Notes: generated by a model not told the origin, from the sequence alone. Shown: positions 13,936-29,480, counted from the first letter of the stretch. The stretch: 64,000 nt of DNA from Eledone cirrhosa (GCA_964016885.1 OZ024751.1:37324001-37388000); one strand, 5' to 3'. Program-made: numbers and translations.

Positions 13936-14539
13936 GTGGCTGCCAACTCGTTTTCGAGTACGGCCACTACTTTATATCCATGTAGGAGAACCCCTACCGA
14001 TGCGCTGAACGAGTGTGACTTTTTCGTCCAGCCAGCGACTTGAAAACTGGTACAAACACTACACCTGTGACAATTATTGACACATAGTCCTGGACCCATG
14101 GTACCATGTGACGACAAGTGCAGAGAGATCTGATACAAAGCAATGCCTGTGCTGTGAAGCTTTTATAGTGAGCAAAGGCACTGCACAAAGCCAGTCCCAC
14201 TCTCTTAACCAAGATGATATTTACCAAAAAGAAGTACAAGTCAACATCATTGGATACCATCAGCGTTGCATGTGTTATATCAGAGTTTTCCTTCTCCTAG
14301 AATTTTGCCTTGACAAAGGCTAGCTAAGGGGTCATCTCTCCCGGTGATTTTGGATGGCCATTGACTCTTAAGAGCTCCTTTGCCCTTTGACAGGCTTTGT
14401 TTTTAGTCCTGCAGGACGTCCAAAGTCACCCTCCTCACCAAGAAACATTAGTGGGGTTGCCAGTTTAGTCGCCAACGACCCGACCATGAGACAGGTTGTA
14501 CTGGGATACATGTTACCAGTAGCACCAACTGGTGACCTG
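13936..14539 (-). mobile_element. Non-autonomous bipartite RTE-type retroelement, copy 2
   Basis: Reverse-complement homologue of 10395-11000 with the same ends. It encodes FKSLAGRKSHTRSAHR* and is flanked by (TA)n. Confidence 0.7.
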
Positions 14540-14541
14540 AC

Positions 14542-14583
<42 letters not shown>

Positions 14584-14940
14584 TACAGCTATACCTTTAC
14601 ACATTCAGACAAAACTGCAATTATACATTGTCATATAACTACATATATACATTCGTACAAATATATATTTATACGTTCCTTGAATCAAAGGACTATACAC
14701 AATTATATATTTAGTTTTCTGTCATCTATTTCTGTTTATTTGTAGCTGTTGATCATGTGACCCCCCCCCTTTATTGTCCCTATTCTTCTTCTTTCCCTCA
14801 CCCCCCCTCCTTTAGTGTCCCTATTCTTCTTCTTTCCCTCAATTAATTTATTTTCTTCTCTCTAATGACTGCTGTTACACTATTTCCTCTCCTGTTGACA
14901 CCCCCTCCTCCTCCTATCTTTATACAGCATTGCCACAGCA

Positions 14941-15595
14941 ATCATCATCATCATCGTCATCATCACTGTCATCACCATCGTCATCACCATCACCACTGTC
15001 ATCACCATCGTCACCATCACCACTGTCATCACCACCATCACCATCACCACTGCCATCACCATCATCACCATCATCATCACTGCCATCAGTACCATCACCA
15101 TCACCACTGTCACCACTGCCATCACCATCGTCACCATCATCATCACCATCATCATCACTGCCATCAGTACCATCACCACCACCACCAGCATCAACTTCAT
15201 TAACATCATCACCCTCACCATCATCATCATCATTAGCAATATAAACAGTATGACGTCCACACAATAATATCAAGCTGATAATCATTACAGTTAGTTCATT
15301 AACATAATCAGTTTCAGTATCATCATTATCCTAATTATTATCAACATCATCATTATCGTTGTCATTAGCAACATTACAGTGAGTCAGTGCCATGAACAAT
15401 ATTACAATTATCAACATCACATTCCTTGCAATGACCATCATCATCACCACCATCACCCCCATCATCCTCCCCACCATCACCATCACCACCATCCTCACCA
15501 CCACTACCATCATCACCATCACCACCATCACCATTATAATTAACAGGATCTTCATTAATATTGCCATTATAAACATCCTCCTCAATTTCACCATC
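14941..15595. repeat. Degenerate (CAT/CAC)n trinucleotide repeat region
   Basis: Runs of CATCAT/CACCAT give spurious His-, Asp- and Ser-rich ORFs in several frames. Confidence 0.85.
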
Positions 15596-15645
15596 ATTAA
15601 CGCATTGATCGATTAATAAACATTAATTTATTCTATTTTTATTAT

Positions 15646-16345
15646 TATTGGAATAGCGTCAGATACCATGCTTTGTAGCATAGAGTTATGGCCCTTTGCG
15701 TTATGTGTTCAAATCCCTACAAGATTAAATTTGACTTTCATTGGGGTCGATAAAATAAAGTACCAGTAATGTACTGGTATAATTACTGGCCTTGTGTCAA
15801 AAGTAGAAAAAACTATTAGAAGGGCGGTGGATTGGTAGAATCGGTAGAGTGTCGGACAGATCTTTACGGCATATTGTTACGGCCCTTTACTTTCTGATTT
15901 CAAATCCCGCTCAGGTCAACGTTACCTCTCATCCTTTCCGAGTCGATACAATAAAGTACCAGTAATGTACTAGGGTCGATTTAATCGACTTTCCTCTCCT
16001 TGTGCCTAAAGTAGAAACCGTTAACTTTGCCTTTCATCCTTACGGGGTCGATAAAATAAAGTACCAGTAATGCACTGAGTAATTGCTGGCCTTGTGCCAA
16101 AAGTAGAAACAATTATTATAATTATTATTATGGCGGTGGATTGGCAGTATCGGTAGAGGGTCAGACGCCATGCTTTGACGCATAGAGTTACGGCCCTTGC
16201 CATTCCGAGTTCAAATCCCGCCGAGGTTAACTTTGCCTTTCATCCTTACGGGGTCGATAAAATAAAGTACCAGTAATACACTGGCTTATTGCTGGCCTTG
16301 TGCCAAACGTAGAAACAATTATTAATATTAATATTATTATTATTA
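15646..16345 (+). mobile_element. Tandem cluster of four copies (two full, two partial) of tRNA-derived SINE family A
   Basis: Full copies have the A-box-like GGCGGTGGATTGG(C/T)AG and the B-box-like (GAG)TTCAAATCCC. The body GTTAACTTTGCCTTTCATCC...GGTCGATAAAATAAAGTACCAG and the tail GGCCTTGTGCC-AAAGTAGAAACAATTATTA are repeated. Confidence 0.85.
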
Positions 16346-16591
16346 TTGTTTTGATGACATTCCTTAATAAGTACAAAGTTGCAGCAAAAATGAAGATATT
16401 GTCATTATGGCAACCGTCTTTGGCGTTTTATTATGATAATATTTAGTTGTGACCATTTTATTTTAGCTCCTGCTATTGGTTGTTAAGAAAACTGCTATTA
16501 ATTACCATTAGTTTCAAAATGTGATTTTAAAAAAATTCTTAATGGTACCACTCCATGCTGTTTACGAGGGAAAGAAATATTTATTCCACCA

Positions 16592-16880
16592 ACACACACA
16601 CACCACACACAAATACCACATACACATCATACATACTCTACACACACCACACACACATATACCACACACACCACACACAAATACCACATACACATCATAC
16701 ACACATATACCACACACACCACACACATATACCACACACACCACACACATATACCACATACACCACACACAAAAACCACATACACCACACACAAATATCA
16801 CATACACCACACACAAATACCACATACACCACACACAAATACCACATACACCACACACAAATACCACATACACATCATAC
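16592..16880. repeat. C/A-rich low-complexity minisatellite (CACACCACACACAAATACCACATA-like)
   Basis: Imperfect tandem units of ~22 bp, giving His/Thr-rich spurious ORFs. Confidence 0.75.
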
Positions 16881-17582
16881 ATACTCCTCCACACACATTC
16901 ATCTACAGACCGACACACACACCACACCCACATAGACAAACTGAAGCAGGATCCAGACACACATCCAGCAATACACACCCATTCACACGCGTCTACACTC
17001 AAACCCAAGCACACTCCACACACTATCACAAGAACACATCTACAAAAAATACACCTACTCGCATACATAAACACACACACATACACCCACACACAGATTT
17101 CTACAAACAGAAACCCAGGCATACATACACATCACACACACAAAACCAAACACGTATTACTCATACACTCATACACAAAAACACACCGTCACACACATAG
17201 ATCGGGCACACATACACCTGAATTTCTTTTGTATTTTGAATATTTAACGCATTCTTCGTTAACGATTCGCAGTGATTAAACCCTGAACACATTACCACGT
17301 TCTGCCCCACGTGAAGAAGAGACATTTCCGCGTAATTGCGAAGTTCCTACTGTTGGAAATTACAAGAATGTATCTAGCTGCTATGGTTGCTGTACGAAAT
17401 TGTGTTGGTAATTAGAGTCGCTACACACTGTCACACAGTGCCTTTGTCCTCATATCAATATGTACCTAAAGAAATATTACACGTGAACATACACACACAT
17501 ATATATACATACATACACATACATATATATATATACATATATATATATTTGTATATTTGTATCTTTCTCCTTCCCTCTCTGT

Positions 17583-17634
<52 letters not shown>

Positions 17635-17650
17635 CAGTATCTTCCTCCCC

Positions 17651-17686
<36 letters not shown>

Positions 17687-18122
17687 GTATTTACAAAATA
17701 CCATCTGTTTTAGTTTAATAGTATTTCCTTATTAGTTTTTACATTCAGTCTTGAACAATACATTTTCTCAACCCTTATGTACATTAACATATCTAGTATC
17801 CCTATGGTCAAATGGCTGGAGTATTACTTTCGTATATAACAGCAGCGAGGTTTGACTCATTCATTGAACCCTAATTTATCATTTCTCAATCGTTCCCGTG
17901 ATGTTTACTGAATTTGCCATATGCTTAATGCTAAGTATGTGACAAATTCTCCACAATTATAAATGATTTTGAATCAAAATATATGGATGATACAGTCTGA
18001 AAACTTTAATACACACAGTTTAAGCGATGGTATTTTTCAAAAGCAAAGCATTAGCAAAGTTATACGAAAACATGATATAAACATGATAACACTGGTGTCC
18101 AATCATGTTTCAAAGATATGCT

Positions 18123-18217
<95 letters not shown>

Positions 18218-18318
18218 TTTCGCTGTACATTCCTATTTGTATATCGTTAGCTTGGCCACAGTCATAACTTCGATTTTCCTAAATTTCTGAGGGTATGTAA
18301 GCCATTATATATTGTTGA

Positions 18319-18523
18319 ATCACCAATCTGACGAGCAGATTAATACTCGAGACGGATCCGAAACTTCCGTGGGTGATGATTTTCACCAATCATCTGCAAA
18401 ATATGCGTAGAAGGTATATTACACAATACAAACTTAAACCTCATCGTTTTTCTTATATACATTGTTTGTATATTGAGTACTCATATTGGTACAATCACCA
18501 GGAATTCTCTGAATCATATACAC
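18319..18523 (+). mobile_element. PLE pLTR remnant with a degenerate hammerhead
   Basis: ATCACC..CTGACGA-GCAG..CTC-GAGA-CGGA..TCCG-T..GGTGAT (GAAA mutated to GAGA), then ATTGAGTAC at 18472 and a TA junction. Confidence 0.5.
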
Positions 18524-18778
18524 TATATATATATATGGGCGTTGGGAGGATATATATGTGTGTCTATAAGGCGTATATAACTTTCAAGGACTTTAGATTT
18601 AGAATGTTCATATGTGGAACAATTGCTACCATGTTCCTACCATGTTCGGCGCTCTTCCTACTCTGAGAACTCACAACAATATTGATTATTTCACTCAACA
18701 CCAATTGTTGAAGTGTGTACCACAGATACGTATTTTATCTAACGCTAAAACAAGCTTCGAACGTAAAAGTGAAAGAAG

Positions 18779-18814
<36 letters not shown>

Positions 18815-19886
18815 ACTAAAATAAAATAAATTATACAACGATTATTTTCGCACTCTAGCACCTTTCTGAGTTCATTAGACACAGTATTACTATTCTGGAT
18901 TGGTTTCTTGTGATTAGGTCCGAAGACATAAATTATACGAATCTGAGATAATAGGTTGTTTATGGTTTCGGAAGGGAATTCTGTTATTGTGAAGAAATAA
19001 ATAGCTTCCACTAGAGCAAAGAAACGGTAAGAAAGATTTATCACGTCAATCTTCCTGCTTCTTTTTTGTTTTCGCTATCTACTTCTCTGACCTCATTATT
19101 TCACTCTATTAATATTCTAATTATACATCATGTCGGAAGCCACAATAAATTCTACAATATTCAATTAAATTGATATATAACTGTTTTATTAATGTTTCTG
19201 CAATTATTTATATTATTGGCTAGAAAGTACCTCAGACTTGAAACATATATATATGTTTATCGCTGTTCAAATACATGCAAATATCAGTCTGTGCGCATTT
19301 TGTGAGTGGGTTGTATCTATATACATATGTATATACATACATATGTATCTATATACATATGTATGTATATCTGCTGTATAATATACCAATAGAGAAACAA
19401 TTAACTATTTAATATTTTATTATTGATTTAGCAGTATAAAGAATTGGTCCTTATAAATACAATGTAAGGTATTAGTTCCAATAATTCTCGGCTTCCCTTA
19501 TGTGACCGTCCAGATGAAGTATCCAGAACATTTGGTATATTATCTAAATCTTATGTACCTGAACATTATAGTGAATGGCAGGGCAGGGCATGGCATAGCC
19601 CCTTAACTCCTGGAGTAATCGTAGGGACGTTGTATTGACATAAGGCTTTTCGAGGGCATTTTAAAACTTGGCGGATTCCAATCCTCTCCAGGCCTGAATA
19701 CATCAGATTTCTTGCAGAGAAGGATAGAGTGAGTGAGATAATGAAAGTGAGAAAAGATATAGAGAAAGAATCGACCTCAGTACTAGACTGGTACTTTGTT
19801 TATTGGCCTGATAATGGTAAGATACATATACATATTTACAGTACTGATCACCTCCTTAAGACTATAAGTTCACATCACTGTCTACG

Positions 19887-19949
<63 letters not shown>

Positions 19950-21058
19950 GGAGCAACGTCTGTCTATTCAATTTATTATTATCTTTAATTATTACCCTAC
20001 ACTACATTTATCTCAAAAAGAAATCTCCACACGTTTGCAAGCGATGGAGAATATTGTAAAGATAATGCTGCATGCATTTCATTTCTATTTATACACACCT
20101 TGAATATTGAATCGGTCGTCTATTTAATTATATGTTTTAATATAAATATAAATCGCTGCATTTAACCCAGAATTTCAGAAAGTTAATGAATCAAACTAGG
20201 TTTGAAATACACTTAATTCGTATTACTGGGAATCTATATTCTACAGAATCGAATATAGACAATTATCTTAAGTTTGCATTTCTTATTTATTCATTCCCAC
20301 TCGTACTGTCGTTTCTATTTGTATATAAAAGACGAACATATGATATGCTGAAAAAGTCTTTCTATTTCCAGTGTGTAGTTTTGTGTTTCACTGTTAATTC
20401 AAATAGTAACCTTTCACAAAATAATAGCCAACATTATTATTATTTGTATTCTTACCTGGCTTTGTAATTTGCTGCCAAAGCGAACGTTACATCACTCCTT
20501 ACTATATTTAGGAACATATTTATTGAAAACATATGAATCAATTTCCAACAATTACCATACATACTTCTCTCTATGGTGTAAGAAGACGTTAATACTTAAA
20601 AGAAGTTGTATAATTGCTTACTTAATATAAAATTTCGAAAATATGTATGAAAAGAGAATTGCGAATAACATAACTGAATATTTGAATACGATGTAACTTC
20701 ATATTTCACATTGGTGTGTCAAAAGAAGATATAATGATATGTCTATCTATGTACTTTCTCTTAAACTAAAGCATAAAATTAATTTTCTATATTTAGCAAG
20801 GTAGTAAGGTTGGTGGCTTTTAATACATATCTGATTCATATGGGGTAGGAGTTCTTAAATTTAAAGTTTACTGTCTGGGGAAGTGTAAAGGAAGAAATCC
20901 ATGGATGATAAGAAAGGAAGAAACTACTGTAATCTTGAAATGGAGACTAAACTACAGAGCAATGAACACGCACATACACACAACGCTGCAACCGGAGGAA
21001 GACAGGAAGACGATACTTTGGTTCGTGAGCCCACTTTGAATTTTAGTCTTCAAATTTA

Positions 21059-21130
<72 letters not shown>

Positions 21131-21472
21131 AATATGAATGTAGAGAAAGAGAAAATAGAAATGTCTATGATATTTTCAAATTTACAAATCACCATATTTA
21201 CAAATCAACATATCTTTCTATCTATCTATATATTCATTATTATTAAGTCTTAAATGGGAATCATGTTACTCTGGAGTTTTTCCTCTTTATCATAGAGTCA
21301 TCGCACAAGAACTGTTCTTGTCTGATGACACAGACAAACAGGCGAAATATTCACTTTTTAGCTTTAATAATGAATATTGAAATTCTACTTCGGTATATAT
21401 ATATATATGTTTGCATGTATGTATATATATACATACTACTGTACGTCTGTATACATATAAGTATGTACGTAT

Positions 21473-21532
<60 letters not shown>

Positions 21533-21760
21533 ATATATTTATTAAAATAACAGGTTAAAGTTTAAGCAAAGAATCGGTGCTTTCACCTTTAACGGGATCT
21601 TCTGAAATTAAAATAAATCAATCTGTGAACGCAGAAGTAGATATTTAAAAAAACGTTGCAACCGAAAGAAGACAGGAAGACGATACTTTCGTTCGTGGAA
21701 AAAAAACGAAGATAATACGTCATTATTTGGTGCAGTGAAAACAATTACACGCGTATATAT

Positions 21761-21792
<32 letters not shown>

Positions 21793-22377
21793 AGAGTACA
21801 CGTTTCTTTTATCAAAGTTTCTACAACTGTATAATATATATAAATAAATAGATATGTTTCACAGATTAGAGCAAAAATCACGTGCGCTCTATCTCAAAAT
21901 TATTTTTGAAAAGCATTAGAAATGCGCAACCTGTAAAATGTTAAAACTAAAACTGAATACTAACTAATACTTATTACCAATTTATACTTATTCCTAATTA
22001 AACTATTTTTCACTGGGAAAAATTTGTCAGCATTTTCTTCTCCTTTTTACTAATATATCACAACTCGTGTGTCACACCACTATTTTTTTAATATATATAT
22101 ATATACATATACATACAGATATACATATATATATATACATGCACATATATACATATACACACACATACATACATACATATACACACACATACATGCATAC
22201 ATACATATACACATACATACATACATACATACATATACACATACATACATATATACATATACACATACATACATATATACATATACACATACATACATAT
22301 ATACATATACATACATATATATATATACATACATATATATATATATACATATACATATATACATACATATACATATA

Positions 22378-22408
<31 letters not shown>

Positions 22409-23354
22409 ACATACATACATATACATATATACATACATATATATACATATACATATATATATATACACACACATATATATATATATACACACACATACAC
22501 ATATATATACATATATTCACACATATATATATATATACACACACACATACACATATATATACACACACACGCATATATATATACACACACACGCATATAT
22601 ATATACACACACGCATATATATATACAAACACTCACACATATATACACACACATACACATATATACACATTATATATATAGATATATACATATATATACA
22701 CATATATACATATATATACACATATACACATATATATATACATATACATATATATATATATATTATATATACATACATATATATATATATTATATATACA
22801 TATAAAACAACTTAATACGGTCGGCCATTTACTGTAAAAACATTCCTGAAATTTGTTTTGGATTCCTGATAAAATCTACGTCTGATCAATTGTCAATACC
22901 CTCCAGAAACAGAATCATGTCACGTTATTTTTATATCTATTTGTCTAAAAAATATCATCTATAACTATCAATTATATTCATTAATATATCATATATTTAT
23001 TTCCATCTAATTTTAAAGTGAGTAAAACTTTTCCCTGTTAAATGTAAGAAAAAAAAATATTTATATCATATTTAAGTAGAACATTTCGGAAGGGCAATTT
23101 TAATGATTCCAATATTTAGAATATTTATGTTTTCACAATTTTGTTTTTATACTTTAGTTTCTGACTTACATAGCCGTCTTTCACGATATTGAGAATTTAT
23201 ATATATTGTGTTTCATAAAGATATTTCATTTAGGGAAGTCTGTGCAAGTAAATATATATGACTATGAATGATTTGAAACAAATTTGTCTGCAGATTATAT
23301 ATATATTTCTTATAGCATTTTAAAGGGTCCGTCGAGCTGCCTTTCATTGAGTCG

Positions 23355-23460
23355 GGTAGGATCGATGCAGATCGAACCTTAAGCTGATCATTGGCGAAAC
23401 GCGCGTCACCTACCAATAAATGTAATGAAGGAGTAACCAATCGTCCTTGTTATCCTTTCA
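23355..23460 (+). mobile_element. PLE pLTR remnant; hammerhead lacking the CUGANGA core
   Basis: GGTAGG ... GAAAC-GCGC-GTC-ACCTACC gives stem I GGTAGG/CCTACC, a palindromic stem III and GUC. AATAAA and (TA)n follow. Confidence 0.55.
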
Positions 23461-23975
23461 ATATATATATATATATATACGTACACAGTGAAAGAGTAAG
23501 TGAGAGTAGGGGGATGAGGGGAGAAAGAGAGGAAGATAGAGGGAGATTGATAGATATATAGACAGATAGATAAATGGAAGGAAATAATAGACAAATGTAG
23601 AGTATATAACACCGGGATTTGTATATTTGTAAGTGTAAATGGCGTGAGATTTGCTTTGTTAATTACGATATTTTTACATGCACAACAAATCGTCGGTGTT
23701 AAGCAATGGAACTCTGCAGCTAGATAACTTGAGTGATATCTTGAACTAAATTACAGCCGGTAATTCATGACAGATGAAGAGTTCGGGGAACAGAGTAGAG
23801 GAAAAGGTCATCAACCTAATAAATAAACATGTGAAATATACATCTATTCTGTAAATATACAAATATAATTTTATCGTAAACTCTGGCTCCCTAACGCGCA
23901 AATATATATATAATATATATATATATTTATGTGTGTCTGCATGTGGGTATATATTTGTGTGTGTGTATATATATC

Positions 23976-24041
<66 letters not shown>

Positions 24042-24620
24042 TGTCTGTGTGTTTGTGAGTGTGTATGTGTATTTTCTCTTGTATATGATTAATCATTTTA
24101 CGTGTTTTTTTCTGAACAATTGTATAAGTTGTTTGAACTGGCTAGGGGCCTATTTTAAGGAATGATAAGAATGGTTTACTTTAAAAGAAAAAAATATGAC
24201 GTAGAAATCAGAACAAAGAATCTATGGTAATTCCAGTAGCACTCAAACTTCAACTGATTTTTAGCAAGAAAAGTAGCTGACGTTTCTATTAAATAGAAGG
24301 TTTATTCGTCTCAAAAGATTCTTAATATATTTTGAAGGAAAACGTACTTTCTCATTTTTCGATGTTTTATTTTTTCAACAACACTTGCCCGTTAGCTTTA
24401 TTTTAATAATGTGAAGAAGTTGGATATTAATCTGAAGATTACTCTTTTAGAAATAGATGAAGTGTACTGCAGGAAAACAAAACGAATAAATATATAATAG
24501 TACAGTAGAGCTTTGTAAGTTATAAATTTATTGAAATAGATTGGGATCGGTGGGAAGTGGAAGGGGGAGAGAGAAGGGGCGAGAGGGGTGGAAGAGGAAG
24601 AGAGATAGGGGTGGGTGGAG

Positions 24621-24670
<50 letters not shown>

Positions 24671-25379
24671 GGGAGAGCTCATGTGTAAATAAATGTGGAA
24701 ATATTTTAAAGAAATATTATTCTAATATCTTATTAAATTAGGTGAAAATGAAAACCATATATATATGAAAAAGATATACATATGAACAAGATATACATAT
24801 GAAAAAGATATACATATGAAATATATATATATATATATATATATACGCATACATACATACATATCTCATACATATGGCTAAAACACACACACATATATGT
24901 CATATATATATACATTCATACACACACACCCATACACACATACATATATATCTGTAATATTCTTGGAAATATACGGTGTTCTGCAATAGGATTTTAATTA
25001 GTTTGCCAGTTTTCTGTTAATTTAAATTGGATTTCTAATCATATTGCATTAAGACCACTGTTATAATATCCAGAATTTTATTTTCTATGTTTCTAGTGAC
25101 TTGACGGTGTTTTATCAAAATGTTGACAGCTATATAGCAATTTAATTAATAATTAGAAAATTAATTATAAATTCAGGTGTCTAACTTCTTGGAAAAATGT
25201 TAAGAATCACAATATCGCAAATCCTTATCTTGAAACATAAAACTTCCTAATATGTGGACCGATGTGAACATACATAGCTACTAAATCATGGACCCATGCT
25301 AACCTGTAAATATAAAGAGATTACAGAACTACAGAAACATATATTTTATATATATATATATTACACCCAATTACACCTC

Positions 25380-25710
25380 TCAAAGGCGATGACACACGGC
25401 CGTGACCTCTGGCGTCACGCAGTAATACAGAGTACCCGACCTCCCATGGATACAAGCTGAAGCATATAGACAATATGCCCCCACACACCCCACTCCAAGG
25501 TGGTCGTGGAGATGCCACGGCAAAAAAAGCACCCAGCACTCACTGTAAATGAGGTTGGTTATAGGAAGGGCATCAAGCTGTAGAAATTAAGCCAAATCAG
25601 TTCCTGTATGAGCAAGGCATGGTCAGCCGACCAGACACTGCCCACAACAGGACAACCCGTCTAACCCATGCTAGCGTGGAAGAACGGACGTAAAACGGTG
25701 GTGATGATAT
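25380..25710 (+). mobile_element. SINE body with an RTE-type 3' tail
   Basis: GGTTGGTTATAGGAAGGGCATC..GTAGAAA followed by the terminal AACCCATGCTAGCGTGGA..GGACGTAAAACGGTGGTGATGAT, a (GAT)n-type tail. Confidence 0.55.
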
Positions 25711-25721
25711 ATTTTACCAGG

Positions 25722-25788
25722 CTAAAAATTCTAATTTAGTCCAGAAATAGCCGTCGAAACGGCTTGAGCCGTCGGTGTCATACCTCTT

Positions 25789-25790
<2 letters not shown>
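25722..25790 (+). mobile_element. Single arm of the fold-back pLTR family (half hammerhead)
   Basis: TAGTCCAGAAATAGCCGTC-GAAA-CGGC-TTGA-GCCG-TC-GGTGTCATAC..CCT(AT)n. A further fragment lies at 26104-26146. Confidence 0.65.
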
Positions 25791-25884
<94 letters not shown>

Positions 25885-26055
25885 TAAGAATAAATAGGTT
25901 GTTTAGTTGCAGGAAGGATAAGGTCTACTTATAAAAAGTGGAAAACAAGAACGGGAGATCATTTTCCTTCATCAATTGTCTGCTGGGGGTCTTGGACATT
26001 TCAACCACCAGGAGACATCTGATGAAGGAAAATTTCCTCCCGTTCTTGCTTTCCT

Positions 26056-26104
<49 letters not shown>

Positions 26105-26743
26105 AACTAAAATTTTAGTCCAGAATTAGCCGTCGAAACGGCTTGACAATTGTTTTCTCTTCAAAGTCTGAGTTTGGGTTTATTCTTTCTTAACTTACTT
26201 CAGCCGTTGCAATCATTAATAAATCTATAAGATAATAGGTATTATATACTATAAATACTTCTCAGCTTCCTTTCAGTTTATTTCCACAATTTTCAGCTAG
26301 TGTATATCACTCTTCGTTAGAATTCCTTCCATCATAGCACTATAGCCATCTTTCAAATACCCCTTGCTCTCTATATCTCTCTTGGTATTGCTATACACAC
26401 ATTTTCCTTTCATTTTTAAATTTTATAATATTGAATAGCACGCATGAACTCCTCGGCATAATTTTAATTCTACGACTAAACTAATCACGTGAGTAACAAT
26501 CGTCTGTTCCGTAACAGTTCAGGCACGATGTTTTACTAAAATAGTTTGACGAACAGTTCGTTAGAAATGGTTCTCATCAAATTTAGTTTATGCTTATCGT
26601 ACTTGATCAATTCTAGTTGTCTCATTTTCTCGTCATTTTCCCTTTGTATAATGTACAAAGTTATTTTTTGACTGAATAAACCTTAACTATTTATGTAGTT
26701 TTTCTTTGGTTAAATGGTGATCAATCCATCGTAGATTTTCAAT

Positions 26744-27070
26744 CAGTGGTTCCCAACGTCTTTTGCACCATGGCCCACCTCAACATCTCAGGATTTCTTA
26801 TGCCTCACTAATTGATATGAAAATGCCCCCTTTGATATGAACACAGCGATGATCTACTAAAATGTGTAAACCTAATTGTCATATAGTTGGTGACAAATGC
26901 ACAGTAACATGTGGGGTTGAGTTGAGACAGGAGTTTCCATAGAAACCTTGGTATAATAGTAATAACAGAAAACCTGAAGTGTGTTCTTATTAACATCATT
27001 CTCAAATTACTATCCTTATATATTCATATTGCTCTACTGTGGGTCGTGTGTCCCACGTTGGGAATCGCTG
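26744..27070. mobile_element. hAT (Charlie-like) MITE
   Basis: Terminal inverted repeats CAGTGGTTCCCAAC and GTTGGGAATCGCTG. The flanks TTTTCAAT and CTTTAATC are a possible decayed TSD. Confidence 0.6.
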
Positions 27071-27349
27071 CTTTAATCTTTCTATTCATACATCAGCTCA
27101 CTGTAATACGAATGTAAAATAAAATGTTGTGTCCCTCATTAATATCTCGTCTGTTTGGAAAAAGTCAAAACAATTCTGCTGCTTTACAAATACAGAATAA
27201 ACTGTCATAATTTTCAGTATTCAATTCATTCAATAATCTTCCCAATTTCAAATACACACCTTCAGTTTAATCCATCTTCTCAACGCTCAAGAAACCAGTG
27301 GGTTTGTGCCCCTGCTTGATGGAACATTTCTAATAAAATCTTAATAAGG

Positions 27350-27532
27350 ATTTCTAGTATAGGCACAAAGTCAGTAATTTGGGGGAGGGGAAAGTCGATT
27401 AAATCGACCCCAGTACGTTAATGGTACTTTATTTTATCGACTCCGTAAGGATGAAAGACAAAGTTAACCTCAGCGGGATTTGAACTCAGATCGTAAAGGA
27501 CCGTAACTCTATGATGCATGGTGTCCGACTAC
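27350..27532 (-). mobile_element. SINE family A copy
   Basis: Reverse complement of the family A body and B box (GCGGGATTTGAACTCAG). Confidence 0.8.
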
Positions 27533-28786
27533 AATAATGCATGATAATCATTTCTATATATTGATATATATTTAGCTCTGTGAAAATGTTATGTAGGTGT
27601 GATTATTTATGAAGATTTAATAAAAAATGCTGTATCCTAGGAAAGAGATGAGAATATTCACGCGTATTCCGAGAGGATAACGAAAATAGAACAGCAAATA
27701 ATATTTCATATTTACTTGCTGTAAATGAAATGAATTTGGATTTGCATTGCATTTACCGATACACTATCCTAAAGGCACTGATATTTCACTATACTCCTTT
27801 ATAATATTTGAATTCCTGTCATTTAAACAGAAAGCAGTAACGCAGTGTGACGAATATTTATTAAATGGCATTCTGAAAATATTATTTTCACAGTTATATT
27901 CACAAATTCTGACAAATTTACTGGTCTCTGACATTGCAGTACCATAAATATAACCAAAGCGTAGGTTGATGCAATGTCTGATATGAATTATTGACGAACT
28001 AATTAAAAGGAAAATAAATGATTAACTGAAACGAATAGAAATTATTCCAGTTCCAAAGATTAGGAATGATACATGTGGAAAAAAATATGATGAATTGATA
28101 AAATACTGCAGAGTATTTAGTTAGGCTTTTATTACATTTTCTAATTTAAAATTATTTTCCTTGTGTCATCGAAGATAAAAATACACCAGTCGAATTATGT
28201 AGCCGATTATTTTTCCCTTATCGCGTGACCTACATATGTGTGAGTTGTTGCTTTTAGCCGATATAAGAAATTATTTTTATCACCAACACAAATGAACTAG
28301 ACTCCTGAAGTAGAGTCCAACTGTTAGTAAACAATGACAAAACATAGTTTCGATCCTCATTTGATGGCAATTCATTTCAAATACTCCATTAAATTCGTTC
28401 TGATAGACAGAAATGTTATCTTATACTACCTTAAGCGATTAATCGGATATTTCGGTTTTCGCCACAGATCTTTATTGCAATCCTATATGTCTACTTGGTT
28501 GCTAGTAACAATGGATTGTACATTTACCTGTGACTGTCTATACTTTCTTATTCACAGATTAAAATAAATAAGTACTAGGTAAACGTTATTATTCCCCATC
28601 TATTTTTGTAAATAGTAAATCAATACAACAACAGTATTGAGTAAATCACATCCTAACCTGAAAGCTCGAATAAAATACGTCATAGCCAATACATTTTTAT
28701 ACAGACTTGCAAGATTTTGTAAACACGCATTAGGCATATCTGCTAGACGCGTGTGTGTGTATGTGTTTGTGTCTGATCATTATTTT

Positions 28787-28974
28787 ATGGATTGGCAGTA
28801 TAGGTAGAGGGTTGGATGCCATGCTTTGACGCATAGAGTTACGGCCCTTGCCATCCTGAGTTCAAATCCAGCTGAGGTTAACTTTGCCTTTCAACCTTAT
28901 GAGGTCGATAAAATAATGTACCAGTAATGCACTGGATAATTGCTGGCCTTGTGCCAAAAGTAGAAACAATTATT
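28787..28974 (+). mobile_element. SINE family A copy
   Basis: TGGATTGGCAGTATAGGTAGAG ... GAGTTCAAATCC ... GTCGATAAAATAATGTACCAG ... GTAGAAACAATTA. Confidence 0.85.
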
Positions 28975-29406
28975 TTAAAAGAAAACTATATGATGCCACA
29001 TCATTACCTATTATTAAATAAATTAAACAATTACATGGAAAAAGGGAAATATAACGTCTCATGTTTCTCTTACTATAATTGTTTCTACTTTAGGCACAAG
29101 GCCAGCAATTACCCATAATTAAGCCCATTCGTAAATTTCGATCACGTAATACTAAATTAGTATAATTTAATATTTTATATTATACTTAGTTAAATTTATT
29201 AGTTGGTGTCATGTCGGAATTTTTTCAATTTCCATGGAATATGTTGTGATATGAGTAGTCATGAAAACTTTATACACCAAGTTGTACTTTGTTTAATGGT
29301 CGTCCGGGTTTTCCCATCGCAGCAGGCATTCAGCTTGTGATCTTGTCATTTCATAATAATGTAGATATCTCTATTTGTTAAACATGCATGCATACATATA
29401 TGTATA

Positions 29407-29448
<42 letters not shown>

Positions 29449-29480
29449 TGTATGCATGCATGAATATTTAAATCAATATT

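Noticed and set aside
14865-15616. His-rich, Asp/Gly-rich or Met/Val-rich proteins
   Set aside because: A trinucleotide repeat open in nearly all frames, with no splice or domain support.
16130-16220. tRNA gene
   Set aside because: A/B boxes are present but there is no cloverleaf. The sequence continues into a multicopy SINE body.
18745-19044. Possible host exon (99-aa ORF)
   Set aside because: No recognisable domain, it runs into a (GAAAAC)n repeat, and there is no convincing splice context.
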